From: the human T2T-CHM13v2.0 reference genome, Homo sapiens
Assembly: GCF_009914755.1 (NCBI RefSeq)
Contig: NC_060931.1
Length of the DNA stretch: 64,000 nucleotides
Strand: one strand, 5' to 3'
Shown here: positions 16,063 to 28,268 of the stretch, in pieces
Numbering within the stretch: position 1 is the stretch's first letter
Layout of the letters: every line of letters begins with the position of its first letter
The notes under the pieces: model-generated
Told to the model about the DNA's origin: nothing
The model's input: only the letters and a program-made list of their open reading frames with translations
The model's database searches: none
Program-made: the position numbers and the translations under genes

Positions 16063-19000
16063 TACTTGAGAGATATTGCAAATTTTAACAAATAAGGGAC
16101 AGTCAGTGTCATGTTCAACACAGGGATCTGAGATGAGGGGCTCCCAGAGGCTTGGGCAAGTCCAGCGGGGGGCATCGGGAAGACCCTCTCTGGTGCTGGT
16201 GTTCTGGGACGGGAGCCCTGCAGGGGGCACTTCTCTGCAAACTCTCACTGGGTTTGAGGGAAGAACGGCCTGGAGTTCTTTTTTGAACTTTTCAGAAGCT
16301 GCAACAAGAGAAACCTCTACTATGCTGGGTCCCTCTAGTGAGCCACGGTGCCAAAAGCCTCCAATAGGTTTTTTTTGCATTTAAATCCTGTTTCACCGCC
16401 TTCCATTCTCTAGTGGCCTGAGATTTTACTGAGTCTGGTCTGTGGAGATGAGAAGTGAGAGTTCTAAGGCATCAAAGTGGAAAAGTACTGCTATTCCGAG
16501 CCCAGCCCCCGCGTGCTCTACGCCCTTGATGCAACTGAACTCCTGGCAGCCCTGCTTTGCTCTCTCCCATGGTGGCCTGGGATTAGTCAAGCCCACGTAT
16601 TGGTATGGCACCTTGTCTCCCGATAGCAGCAGCATCGAAGGGGTCACCTCCACTCCTCTTAAAAGAATAGCACAGTTTTGAAATAAATGCATTTTTTTTT
16701 TTTAAAAAAAAGGACAGAGAGGAAAGAGAAAGACAAATAGAATTGCATCACTAATGATGTCATTATTGCCTGGAAAGGAACGAAGGGAAGGCCATTTTGT
16801 CCATTTCTGGAGGCGTCTTTGAGAAGGGTTCTTTGGCTAAAGAAAGGAACAGTTTCACCTTCCTTTCCAATTTGGTAAGGACATCTCTGGCCTGCTCAAG
16901 TTTGAAGCTTCCCCATCAGAAGTCTGTAAAACACACCAGAAGGAAAAGACACAGACAGGGAATGAAGCCTGCAAAGTCCCTGGGGCTGGAATGTCTTGTG
17001 GCCAAGTCACTCCTGCTGGCGCTGTGGAGTCCCAGGCTGGCCTGCAGAAGGAACCCTTACCTCTCCTCAATTCTCTCTGCTAGTTGAGAGCACCGAGCCA
17101 TTTCCTTCTTTCCATTTTCTGTCCTAGGGTCTACTTGACAGGCCAACAAGAGTGGTGGTCCCACACCCCACCCTGCCCTCAGCATCAGACAAAGAGAACC
17201 TGGGACAAAAGCTGGGGCGAGCTGGGTCCCCACGTCGCTCTCTCAACCATGAGCCATCAGTAATACTTCCCGAAGCCTCCTCATCTCCTCCCTCCAGTTT
17301 CCAAGAAAGTTTGTTCCACTCACTCACACATGCTCACACGGCCTAAATCTTCCACCCCAAGCTTGTTCCAATATGAGTGTTTGCCATTCCCAAGGTCCAA
17401 CCAAGGGAAATCGTTCTGTCAGCAGTTGGGCTAATCTCCCCTTCCCTTCCTGATGTCCATCCGTCTCACACGTTGGTGTCTGGGCGGGCTGAGTCTTCTA
17501 GGTTGAAGAGGACAAAGGTCAGCTGGCTCCCCCAGCCCGTGAACACCTCAGCCACCAGGAAGACTAGAAAGGCTAACAGTCCAGGAGATGAATGCCGCTT
17601 TGCTCCAACCCTTCTTTTTCCTCTGAATTCCACTGACCGCACGCTCCACTTCACAGTATTAACTGGCATCAAGCCTCGACTCTCCCACCCCTTGATCTGC
17701 TCACCCACTTCCCTTGGAAACATCCAAAACATCATGAAGAGGCCCTAAGCACAGAGACATGGGGGCCCACGTCCAGACGGGCCAGTCAGAACCCAGTGAG
17801 CAGAAGCAAATTGCCCTGCGGTTCACCAGGCTCCAGTTAAACACTCCTCCGTGACCTGACATTTCAAATCTTCCCCTCTTCCTCTGAACAATGTCTCTTC
17901 AAATGGGAAGGAGGGAGCCCACAAAAGACTAGAGGATGCTCTAGATGATTCGTGGGCTAAGTAAGGACTAGGTTGGCATCCCTCTGCTTGAGAGCTTGGT
18001 CCTAGTGACAGCAGCCTATTTGCTAAGGTGACTCAATGGCAGATTCGGCCAGGTATGCAATTGGGCATCCAGGGAGCTGGCCTCTCCTGCAGGGAGCTTC
18101 TCTTGGGGCTTCTGATGTGGCAGCTCCATGCATGGGGGTAGAGGAGGCCATTGGGTGAGGACTAGGAGAATGTGCACTAATGTTTGCTGAGCGTCTGTGG
18201 GGCTGGCATCGCCCAATACTTCCCTTCCCTTCCCTTCGGTGAAGCTGGCTATTTCACCCCTTTCTTCAACTGGGGCCTAGCACTTTGTGGGTCTGGGGAC
18301 AGCGTGTGAGCACCCAGCGCACACAGCACAGTGCACTGAAGATGTGGCCGGAGCCCAGTGGGGATGCTTTCAGAGGGGGTGCAGCCTGTGATGCCTGAGC
18401 AGCCGCCCAGCTTTGTTCAGGGTTTCTCTGGCCTCCTGCTGTCCCTCCACCCACTTCCAGCTGGCTAGAATTGGGTGCTGGGGGCATGCATCACAGGGGG
18501 AGGGGGCAGGCTGAGGAACTGGGTGGTGTGGTGAAATTTCCTGGGGAAGGTACCACCTGCCAGTCACTCTTACGCCACCTCACTGTGCCCAGCAGCTTCT
18601 GGGAGGGGGCAAATGTCCCTGCATTGAAGAACCTAAGCCACGCCCCAGGTGCGCCGATGGCAAAAGGATGGATTGTGGGGAAGCGGATGGGGTCACCTCT
18701 GGGAGGGAATTTTCTTGCTTAAATACCAGAGGCAAGCCAAAGATTTAGTTAACAGATTTCAGAAGCACAGGAGAGCTCTGAGGATGTGGGAGAGAAGCTG
18801 GCTAAGGGCTGGACAGTCAGTGACTCGACATTCCCCGAGCCCATGAGATGCCACCTGACGTCGCATCCCAGGCCTCTGGGATCTAGAAAATGACAACCTT
18901 GATGGTGACCATGTTGTCAGAAGCCCAATCAAGGCTTTGATTCTTCTTTAAACTTTTGTTCTGTGGTGGATCTTTCTTGACGTCTCTTGTTGGGATAGAG

Positions 19001-22000
19001 ATGACAGAAACAATTTTCCTACTTCCTAAGTCTTTCCTTTTTTTTTTTGCCTGACAAAACTGGACATCTGGATGTCCCTCCAGTCTACTTATATACTCAC
19101 AGAGAGAATAAGTTTAAATATTAAAGAGAAAACACAAAGATACTTGGAATAAATGTGCATTTAAAACCCTGACTAAAATATCAACATAATGATCATAATT
19201 ACAATGGTAATAAAAATAATTAGTACAATAATATTATCTTTATGAGCAGCATGGAAATTTCATTCCTGATCTGGAAGAATAAAAGGAAAGAAAATGTCAG
19301 GTGAAAGAGTAAGTAGCCTCCAACTTAAGCAGACAGAATAATTTTCTTTAAAATGAAAAGAACATTTTAAGCTGTCTTTCCCCCTAAAAGATCAGATCTA
19401 GAAAGGGCTGGAAATGAACTGTGCCCAGGAATCTGGGGGTGCTCTCCAGTAAGGCGAACTGAGGCTCATTTGCAGCCAAGACTTGGAACTCGGGATGAGA
19501 CCTAATGGGCTATTGCTGCCATCTGGCTGCCAAAAAGTCCCTAATAGATGGATTTTCCAGGCTGACCCAGCTGTGGGGCGGGGGGGGGTCCTCTGGCTTC
19601 TGTGTCCTCTGAAGCGTTTGCTGCCCTCACCCTCTCTGAACTGACCATTGTCCTGCTGTCTCAGAGGGCTGCGCTTCCCCACCTCCAGATAAAGACAGTA
19701 TTGATAATGGCCCGAGGGAAGGGAATCTCCTTGCTGCAGGCCTCTTGCCGGCACAGCCTCCAGCAGGCACTTGGCAAGACTGCCCGGCTGTGCCCAGCAT
19801 GGAGCAGTCATGGTGTCCTTCCTTCTCGCTGAGGCCTGGACTAAGCTGTTTCCAGTTTGGGGACCTGTTTCTTTATAAGTAAGAATTTATGGTTGGGGTG
19901 GGGAAGTTTCCAGAGTTATTTCACAGCTAAGAGCTAAGTAACGACTTCGTTACTGAGTTAGGTTGGATATCACTACAAACACACCTTTCACAGTAGATCC
20001 TTGAGGGAGACTGCACAGTGAGGAAGTAAAGGGAGGGAGGATGAGGATGGGGCCGCTGACTCGGGAAAGATCTCTTTGCACCTTGGAAACCTGCCTGTGG
20101 GGTCAGCTAAAGACTCAACATCAGAAGCAAACAATTAGAACCACCCTTTTCGGCCCCATCCTTGGCCAGATTCTCCTGCCATTCACATTCACATATTTCA
20201 GAGTTATTTACTATGAAGAGAGGGAACTCCCCACTTCTCCACACCTCCATCCCCAGAAGTGTCCAAAGCCTGAGAAAACTTCCAGAATGTATCAAAGGTG
20301 CAAAGAGGGCAAAGGGCAGATTTCTTTGGAAATTCAACTGTGTGAGTTTTTCCAAAGTGCAGCGTCAGACCCCCGGCCACCCTCATAAGTGTCCCTCCAA
20401 CCTTCTGCCCACTAGAACCCTCAGAAACCAAAACCAAAATCATGTCTTGAGCAGACCTGGGTAATGTGAGGAGAGAATTCAACAGCAAACAGAGGTTGGT
20501 GGTTGTCTACAGAGGGAGGGATCTGGCAAGATCGTTAGAGCAAAACAGCCCAGGGAGCCGGAGGAGAGAGTGGAGCCCCGGGCGAGGCTGAGAGCTCCAG
20601 GCTCTCGTGGAGGCGGGAGGGACTGGGGGATGCCGCCTGGGGCGGGAGACGGCTGCCTGGCGAGGCCAACAGTCCGGAAACCTCTGGCCTCACAAATGGC
20701 GGAACTGGGGACAGAGTGGGGCAGGGGTGAAGGGTGGGGAGTCTCTCTGGGCCTCCGCCCACAAATTACAACTCAACTACTGCCACAACTCAACTCCCGC
20801 CGTCCCCATCTCCAGACGCACCCGCCGGGCATCTGTCTCCCATATTTCTTTCGAGATCCACGGACTCTCTCCTAGCTCCTGCTGGCTTCCCTGGCATCCT
20901 TCCGCTAGCAAACAGCCCAGGAAAGACAACGGGCATTAACATTTTAAAAAGAAAAAGAAAAAGAAAAAAAAAAGGCCAGCGTAAACTGTTACAACAGCAC
21001 AACAGAAGAGCTGAGATTGTGTCTGACTAGCCTCAGTTTCTTGGAGTACCAGTGGAAGTAAACCCTCACGCCGCGTCTGTCGCTCGGTAAGGCACTAGGA
21101 GGGAAGGATGCAGTGTCAAGACTGCGCCAGCTAGGGTGGCGGCGCCGAGGGCCACGCGGGGAGGGCGGCGCGTGCACACCCACACGTGCTCGCTCACCCG
21201 CACACCTGCACCGCCACATTGGTTACATGCCTATGTTATATCGCTTTTTTTTGTGCAATTACATTGAGGAATATTCTATTGGTATCATTGGAGTTGAACA
21301 CAAGGTAGGAGACAAGGGTGCTGAGTGCTACATTCTACTAGGGTGTCTGTGACGACCGCTAGCCCTACGCTACGCGACTAGGGGTGGATTCAAAGAGAAA
21401 ATACATTTTCAGAAAAGAAAAAAACCTAAAGTTTGCAACACACATTATTAATGACATTTGAGAAACAACGTTGCTTAGGGATTTATCCAGAGTGCTCAGA
21501 AAAAGAAAACTCGCCCCGCGCCCCCGGGGGCCTTCCAGCAGCCTGGCCGTCCCCCGTCTTTCCTGACTAGGGAGCCCGGACTGGGCTTCGCCAATCCCAC
21601 ACCAGCTCCAAACATCAGCCTCCTCAGGCTGCAGCCCGACATTCTGGAGGGCTGTTGACCCTTTCGAGTTCTGGAAAAATCCCTAAATCTTATGTTCAAT
21701 TAATTAAAAATCTATTTGATTTCCATATCAGGTGTCCCTGACAGCAGTCTTCCGTATCACTTGCTGCCATATGAAAATAATCTTTGAAAAGTTCATAAAG
21801 TTCTTCAAAAACTGGGGCCCCCCGTTTCTGGAATCTTCCTGTTGCTCTCTTCTCCTTTCCAGTTTGGCGTAGAATGGGTTCTTGAGCTGGGTTTTTTGTT
21901 ATTGACTTTTTTTTTTTCCTTTTTCTTTTTTAAAATAAAAACCATAGATTTCCCACCCTCTTTAATCCCTTCCTTTTAAAAATGTTCTCTTCTCTGCTCT

Positions 22001-22223
22001 ACGTCCTCCCACTTCCCGGTTCAAGTTTCACTGGTGTCCCGACCCGTCCCCCTGCCCTCTGCCCCCCCCCCCCCCCCCGCCCCTGCCCCGTTTGCATTGT
22101 TTGTGTGCGGCATCTTCAGTATAAAAGGCCAGCGCCCACGGTCCCAGGAGCGCCTCCCTCCTTCTCTCCCTCCTCCCTCGGGCCATTCTCTCCCTCCCTC
22201 CCTCCCTCCCTCCCCTCCAGTGT

Positions 22224-22694
22224 TTATATGTAAGGGTACTGGTTGACCTTGGCGGGGCTCAGTGGGTATCCAGTGTAGACGGTGGAGGCTGGCGAGGCGC
22301 TGATGTAGGTCTGGTGGGCAAATTGGGCTGGATACTGACTCGGGTGGATGGTGGGCGAGGGCAGGACCCGGGGGCCCATGCTCACGGGGACCTGGTGGAC
22401 GATGCTGGCTGGGTAGGCAGTGTGCTGCACGGTGTGGCGCGCAGAGCCTTGCGAGGCCACCAGGTGGGCCACGGTGCCGGTGGAGCCCAGGGCCGCCGGC
22501 GCAGTGTAGGTGTAGAGGTGGGGCTGGGTGGGGAGGTGGGCAGCGGCAGCGGCTGCAGCCAGATGCGGGTGCACAGTGCCGTGGCTGGGGCTGTTGTGCG
22601 GGAAGGAGTACGGAGCCTGGGCCATGGTGGGAGTGATGTAGGCCTGCTGCCTTCGGTGGCTCCCAGTGCGGTCCGTGGTGATGTGCTGCTGAGC
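22224..22694 (-). CDS. HIPK2: HIPK2 terminal exon 15, coding part ([11 protein letters not shown]...AAAAAAA...KVNQYPYI*), Tyr/His-rich C-terminus
   Basis: Acceptor ccccAG|GCT and stop TAA at 22226-22224. Contained in ORF 22224..22736. The C-terminus is diagnostic of HIPK2. Confidence 0.98.
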
Positions 22695-22855
22695 CTGGGG
22701 AGGAGAGGCACCAAGAGAGACGTCAGGGGCCGACACATGGGGAGGAAGGAATGGGAGGAGGGGCAGGAGGGCAGGGAGGAGGAAGAGAAGGGAAAGACTC
22801 CAGAAGTAATAGAAGGGGCTTCCCTCTGTGTGTTGAGAAAGTAAAAATTTACTTG

Positions 22856-23161
<306 letters not shown>

Positions 23162-23296
23162 TTACTTGGACTGAGAAAATCCCGACTTGGCCTGCCACTC
23201 ACTGGGCTGGGATGATACACGGATAAAGCCAGCTGCAAAGTTATAGGAGAACATATTTCTCCCAAGGACGTACAGAAGCTGTGAAGTATCAGGATG

Positions 23297-23683
23297 CCCC
23301 AGGCTGGAGTGCAGTGGCATGAACCTAGCTCACTGTAGCCTTGAACTCCTGGCCTAGAATGATCCCCCCGCCTTGGGCTCCCGAGAAGCTGGGACTACAG
23401 GCGTGAGCCACCGCACCCGGCCAGGACACTCTCTTTGAGCAGCAGTTGCTTTCTTACTCACTGTAAAATCTTGTTCTCAAAATTATTGGCTCTCACAACA
23501 TCTCTACAAAAAATTTTGAAAATTAGCTGGGTGTGGTGGCTCATGCCTGTAGTCTCAGCTACTCGGGAGGCTAAGGTGGAGGATTACTTGAGTCCAGGAG
23601 GCAGAGGCTGCAGTGAGAGCCATGACAGTGCCACTGCACTTGAGCCTGGGTGACAGAACAAGACCCTGTCTTAAAAAAAAAAA
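23297..23683. mobile_element. Two Alu monomers in opposite orientation (23297-23422 minus; ~23500-23683 plus)
   Basis: Recognisable Alu arm sequences. Confidence 0.8.
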
Positions 23684-24424
23684 GTTGGCTCTCAGAAGCG
23701 TTGCTGTTTGAAGTTCTGTCAGTCCAAATAAAATAGCCCTCTTCTACCTGGTGAACCTAAGTCACGTGACAGAGACACGGGCTCCACTGATGACCTGGGG
23801 CAGCACTTCAGATGAGGGGCTCTGAACACAAACACCCCATTTATCTCACTTTGTTTCTAGAGAAACAGGGCCCTGAGTCCACCACGTGAGTCAGGCCTGA
23901 TGCCGAGCCCTTGACACAGACAGCCCTGCACCCACAGAAACTCAGGTCACTCACATTTCACCTCAACCCACCCCCCTTCCTCCAGGTCCTGGGACAAATC
24001 TTACCCTTGACTTGGGGGCTGTGGTGTGCGGGCCCTCCCTGCAATGAGTCGGATGCAGGTCTGTCCCTGATGTCCCAGGCCGACAGGGCCGGGACACAGT
24101 GCTCTACCCTTTGCTGGGTTGAAACAGCAGTATGTGGGCCATCCTATTTTTAAGCTCTGGCACCATGTCACTAAGGGCTTTGTAACATTAGACAAGTCGC
24201 TTTGCTTTGGGCCAGCACTCTGTGCACTGGTGATATCAACTTCCCCAAGGGTGACCTGTGGTAGAAAAAGCCACCAGAGGTCACCAAGGGCATGTGCTGC
24301 CACCCGTGGCCAGGACTGCAGCCCTGTGAGGTGGGTGAGGGGCCGCCACAGCAATCCTCTCTGAAGCGGAAGGATGAGGGGATGGGGGCCCTGCCTGGCC
24401 TGGGGCGCCAGCTGTGGGGCTTAC

Positions 24425-24585
24425 CTGGCTGAGATTGAGTGGCTGCTGCTGCTGGAAGTGGGGGCCCGGCCGCTGCTGCCGGTAGGTGATGGCTCCAGAT
24501 GAGCTCCCTGAAGAGTGACCGCTGGTGGAGGTCACGTTGCTGGAGGACTTGGACTTGTAGGAGGACGAGTGGTGACTGGTGTTGA
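24425..24585 (-). CDS. HIPK2: HIPK2 coding exon 14 (161 nt; [15 protein letters not shown]...[10 protein letters not shown])
   Basis: Acceptor ccacAG|TCAAC, donor CAG|GTAAGC. Phase 1 to 0. Confidence 0.97.
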
Positions 24586-24941
24586 CTGTGGCGGGAGGAG
24601 AAAGAGGTCAGATCAGTGGCAGGGTCCCAGCTGCCCAGAAGATGCTACCCCACCAGAGAACAGTGGTCTTCCAGGAAGAAACATGTGCCTGAGGCCGGGC
24701 AGTAACAAATCAGCCTCATCTCCCCCGGACCCACTAGGACTTTGCCTTGACTCTGGATGCAGTGGGGCTCTGGCTCACTCCCTCGGCTGGGAGGGTGGTC
24801 GGGGCTGCATGAGGGAATGAAGCAAGGGAAAGCGGAAAAGAATCAGGAGAGGCAAGGTGGGCTGGTGGCCTAAGGCCAGGCCCAGTGCCGTTCCTCTGGG
24901 AGGTGTTACTTTCAGCATCTGGAAAATGGGTAGGAGAGATC

Positions 24942-25337
24942 TGCTATAATTTGAATGTGTTCCCCAAAGTTCTTGTGTTAGAAACTTAGTCCCCAGTGCA
25001 AGTGTTTAGGGTGGGGCCAGTAAGGGATGTTAGGTCCTGAGGGCAGAGCCCTCATGAGTGTATGAGTTCATCAGTGCATTAATATTATCTCGGGAGTGGG
25101 TTAGCTATTGAGAGATTGGCTTTTTTGATGAAAACAAGTCTGGCCCCCTCACCCTCATGCTCTTTTGTCCTTCTGCCTCCTGTGCTAGGAAGATGCAGCA
25201 CAAAGGTCCTTGCCAGATGCTGGCATCCTGTTCTTGGACTTCCAGTCTTCAGAATCGTGAGCCAAATAAACTTCTATTGATTATAAATTACCCAGTCTCA
25301 GGTACTCTGTTACAGCAACACAAAATAGACTAAGACA
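24942..25337 (+). mobile_element. MST-family (ERVL-MaLR) solo LTR
   Basis: TGCTATAATTTGAATGTG...ATAAATTACCCAGTCTCAGG...GACTAAGACA; 5-bp TSD AGATC/GGATC. Confidence 0.85.
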
Positions 25338-25619
25338 GGATCCCTGCTTGGTCCCCACCATGGGTGACTATGAGTATCAGAGGAGACAGTGTCTGTGGTG
25401 GGACCTAATAAACTACTAGAAGCTAAAATAACCCTCAGAGTCACCTGGTCCAGTTACCTGCCTCTAGGCAGGATGAGACTAAATCATCCGGGGAATGGCC
25501 CTGTGAGCCAAACATGGCCAAGCACAAAACTGCCTCCATGTTATTGCCAAGGGGGCTGAAGAGTGGAAAAAACACTGCAACCCTCCAGAGGTGACCTCAT
25601 GGTCAGCAGGTGGCTCCAT

Positions 25620-25766
25620 CAACAGTTCTCAAATGTAATTCCTGCATCTTGTTCAGTGCAGACTCTGGCCAGCAGCTCTGGGGGGCCCGAGCACCTGCAT
25701 TTCTGACAAGCTCCCAGGGGGTGCCAGTGCTGCTGCTTGGGGGACCACGCTCTGAGTAGCCAGGGG
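25620..25766. mobile_element. MER5-type hAT-Charlie DNA transposon remnant
   Basis: CCTGCATTTCTGACAAGCTCCCAGG...GGACCACGCTCTGAGTAGC motif. Confidence 0.6.
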
Positions 25767-26420
25767 CTCTGAGAGAGGTGGGTTAAACCCTGAGCTGGAT
25801 GGCTTCCATGTTACCCAGCCAGAGAGCCAGGGGAGCCAGGAGCCTCTTCAGAGCCCAGTGGTTTTAACTCATCCAAGTATTTTCTGAGCTCCTGCCCTGT
25901 GCTAAGGACGGTGACTGTGTACCACCAGGGACGGGGGTGGCAGGGAGAAGGCTGAGAGCGTGAATAAGGAGGAGGCATCACAGATCACGCAGATGAGGTG
26001 GCGAGGCCAGAGGATAAACCAGATGAAGACGCTGACAGTCAGGGACAGCCCAAGTCCAAGAAGGCTGATGGAACAGGACAGGGCAGGACAGGGCATGAGT
26101 GTCCAGCCCAGCAGGGGCAAGAGCCCCAGAGGGCGGGAGCTCTGCTGCCGAGTGGGGGCCATCTCCCCACCCCAGCTTGGGGAGTTCTGCAGACAGGACC
26201 ATCACCCCTTGATAAAAGCAGAAGAGATGCTTTACTAGCCCCCCATGTCCCTGTGCCTCAGCTCTCCTCCAGGAGAGGGCTGCCTAACACACAGTGCAGT
26301 ATTAATACACACCTAAATGAAATTTCCAATCAAATGCACCCAGATGCACCAGTCATAGCCATTCATTAAATGCAAGCACTTTTGTAATGGCAAAAGCAAC
26401 AAACAGACCCAGACTAGTGA

Positions 26421-26748
<328 letters not shown>

Positions 26749-27154
26749 AACACTGGGCTTCTTTAGGAGCAAACTGCATAATGGCCTAGGAAAGTGTGGG
26801 AGGCAGAAAATTCCAGATACCTTTCTCTAACTTCAATGACAACGGAAGCAGAAAAAGAGGGGTTTAGTAAGTGAAGGCTACGACAAAGCAGCCTGAAGAC
26901 TGTGTGGTTTGTGTTGTATAGTTAGAAACCATAGTTACAACAAGCATTGCTTCTGTTCCTTAAACGCTAAAGAACAGTAGAGTTAATGGAGAAGAAAACA
27001 TCTTCCAGGTGGAAAGACAGGCAGATGGTCCCCCACCAAGAAGGGCAGGGCAGACCAGGGAATGAACAAGAGCCTGGCGCTGGGGCTGGGGGCTGTCCTG
27101 CCTCCTTGGGCAACCAGTCCTGCTGGGGTGAGATGTGCACAGAAACAATACTGA

Positions 27155-27742
<588 letters not shown>

Positions 27743-27968
27743 ATGGTACTGATTCTTAGTCTAAGAACCAGACTGAGGAAGACTTTGCCCAGGAAAAAGG
27801 GAGCGCATTTTAAGAGAGAAAGGTAATGAGTAACCTCCTTTCCGCCATCCTTTGTTGATTTGAGCACTTCATGTGTTGTATCTTGTACTCAGTTATTTTT
27901 CTTCATTAAGTTTCTGGAATGTGCTTGAAATATTTTTATCACCTTGACTTTCTATGGAGGACAGCTAA

Positions 27969-28268
<300 letters not shown>

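Larger units (their letters stand above)
10867..22223 (-). other. HIPK2: HIPK2 3'UTR, ~11.3 kb
   Basis: Continuous Alu/L1-free sequence from the stop codon to an AU-rich block ending at a poly(A) signal. Consistent with the known ~15 kb HIPK2 mRNA. The 3' end position is approximate. Confidence 0.85.

Noticed and set aside
19398-19811. 137-aa sense-strand ORF within the 3'UTR
   Set aside because: ATG-initiated but with no recognisable homology or codon pattern. ORFs of this size are expected in 11 kb; Ribo-seq would be needed.
22200-22226. Programmed stop-codon read-through
   Set aside because: Context is UAA-A, not the leaky UGA-CUAG motif.
25603-25617. CTCF-like words (TCAGCAGGTGGCTC here; others at ~3720, 38213, 51588)
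   Set aside because: Partial matches only; cannot be told from background without PWM scoring or ChIP.
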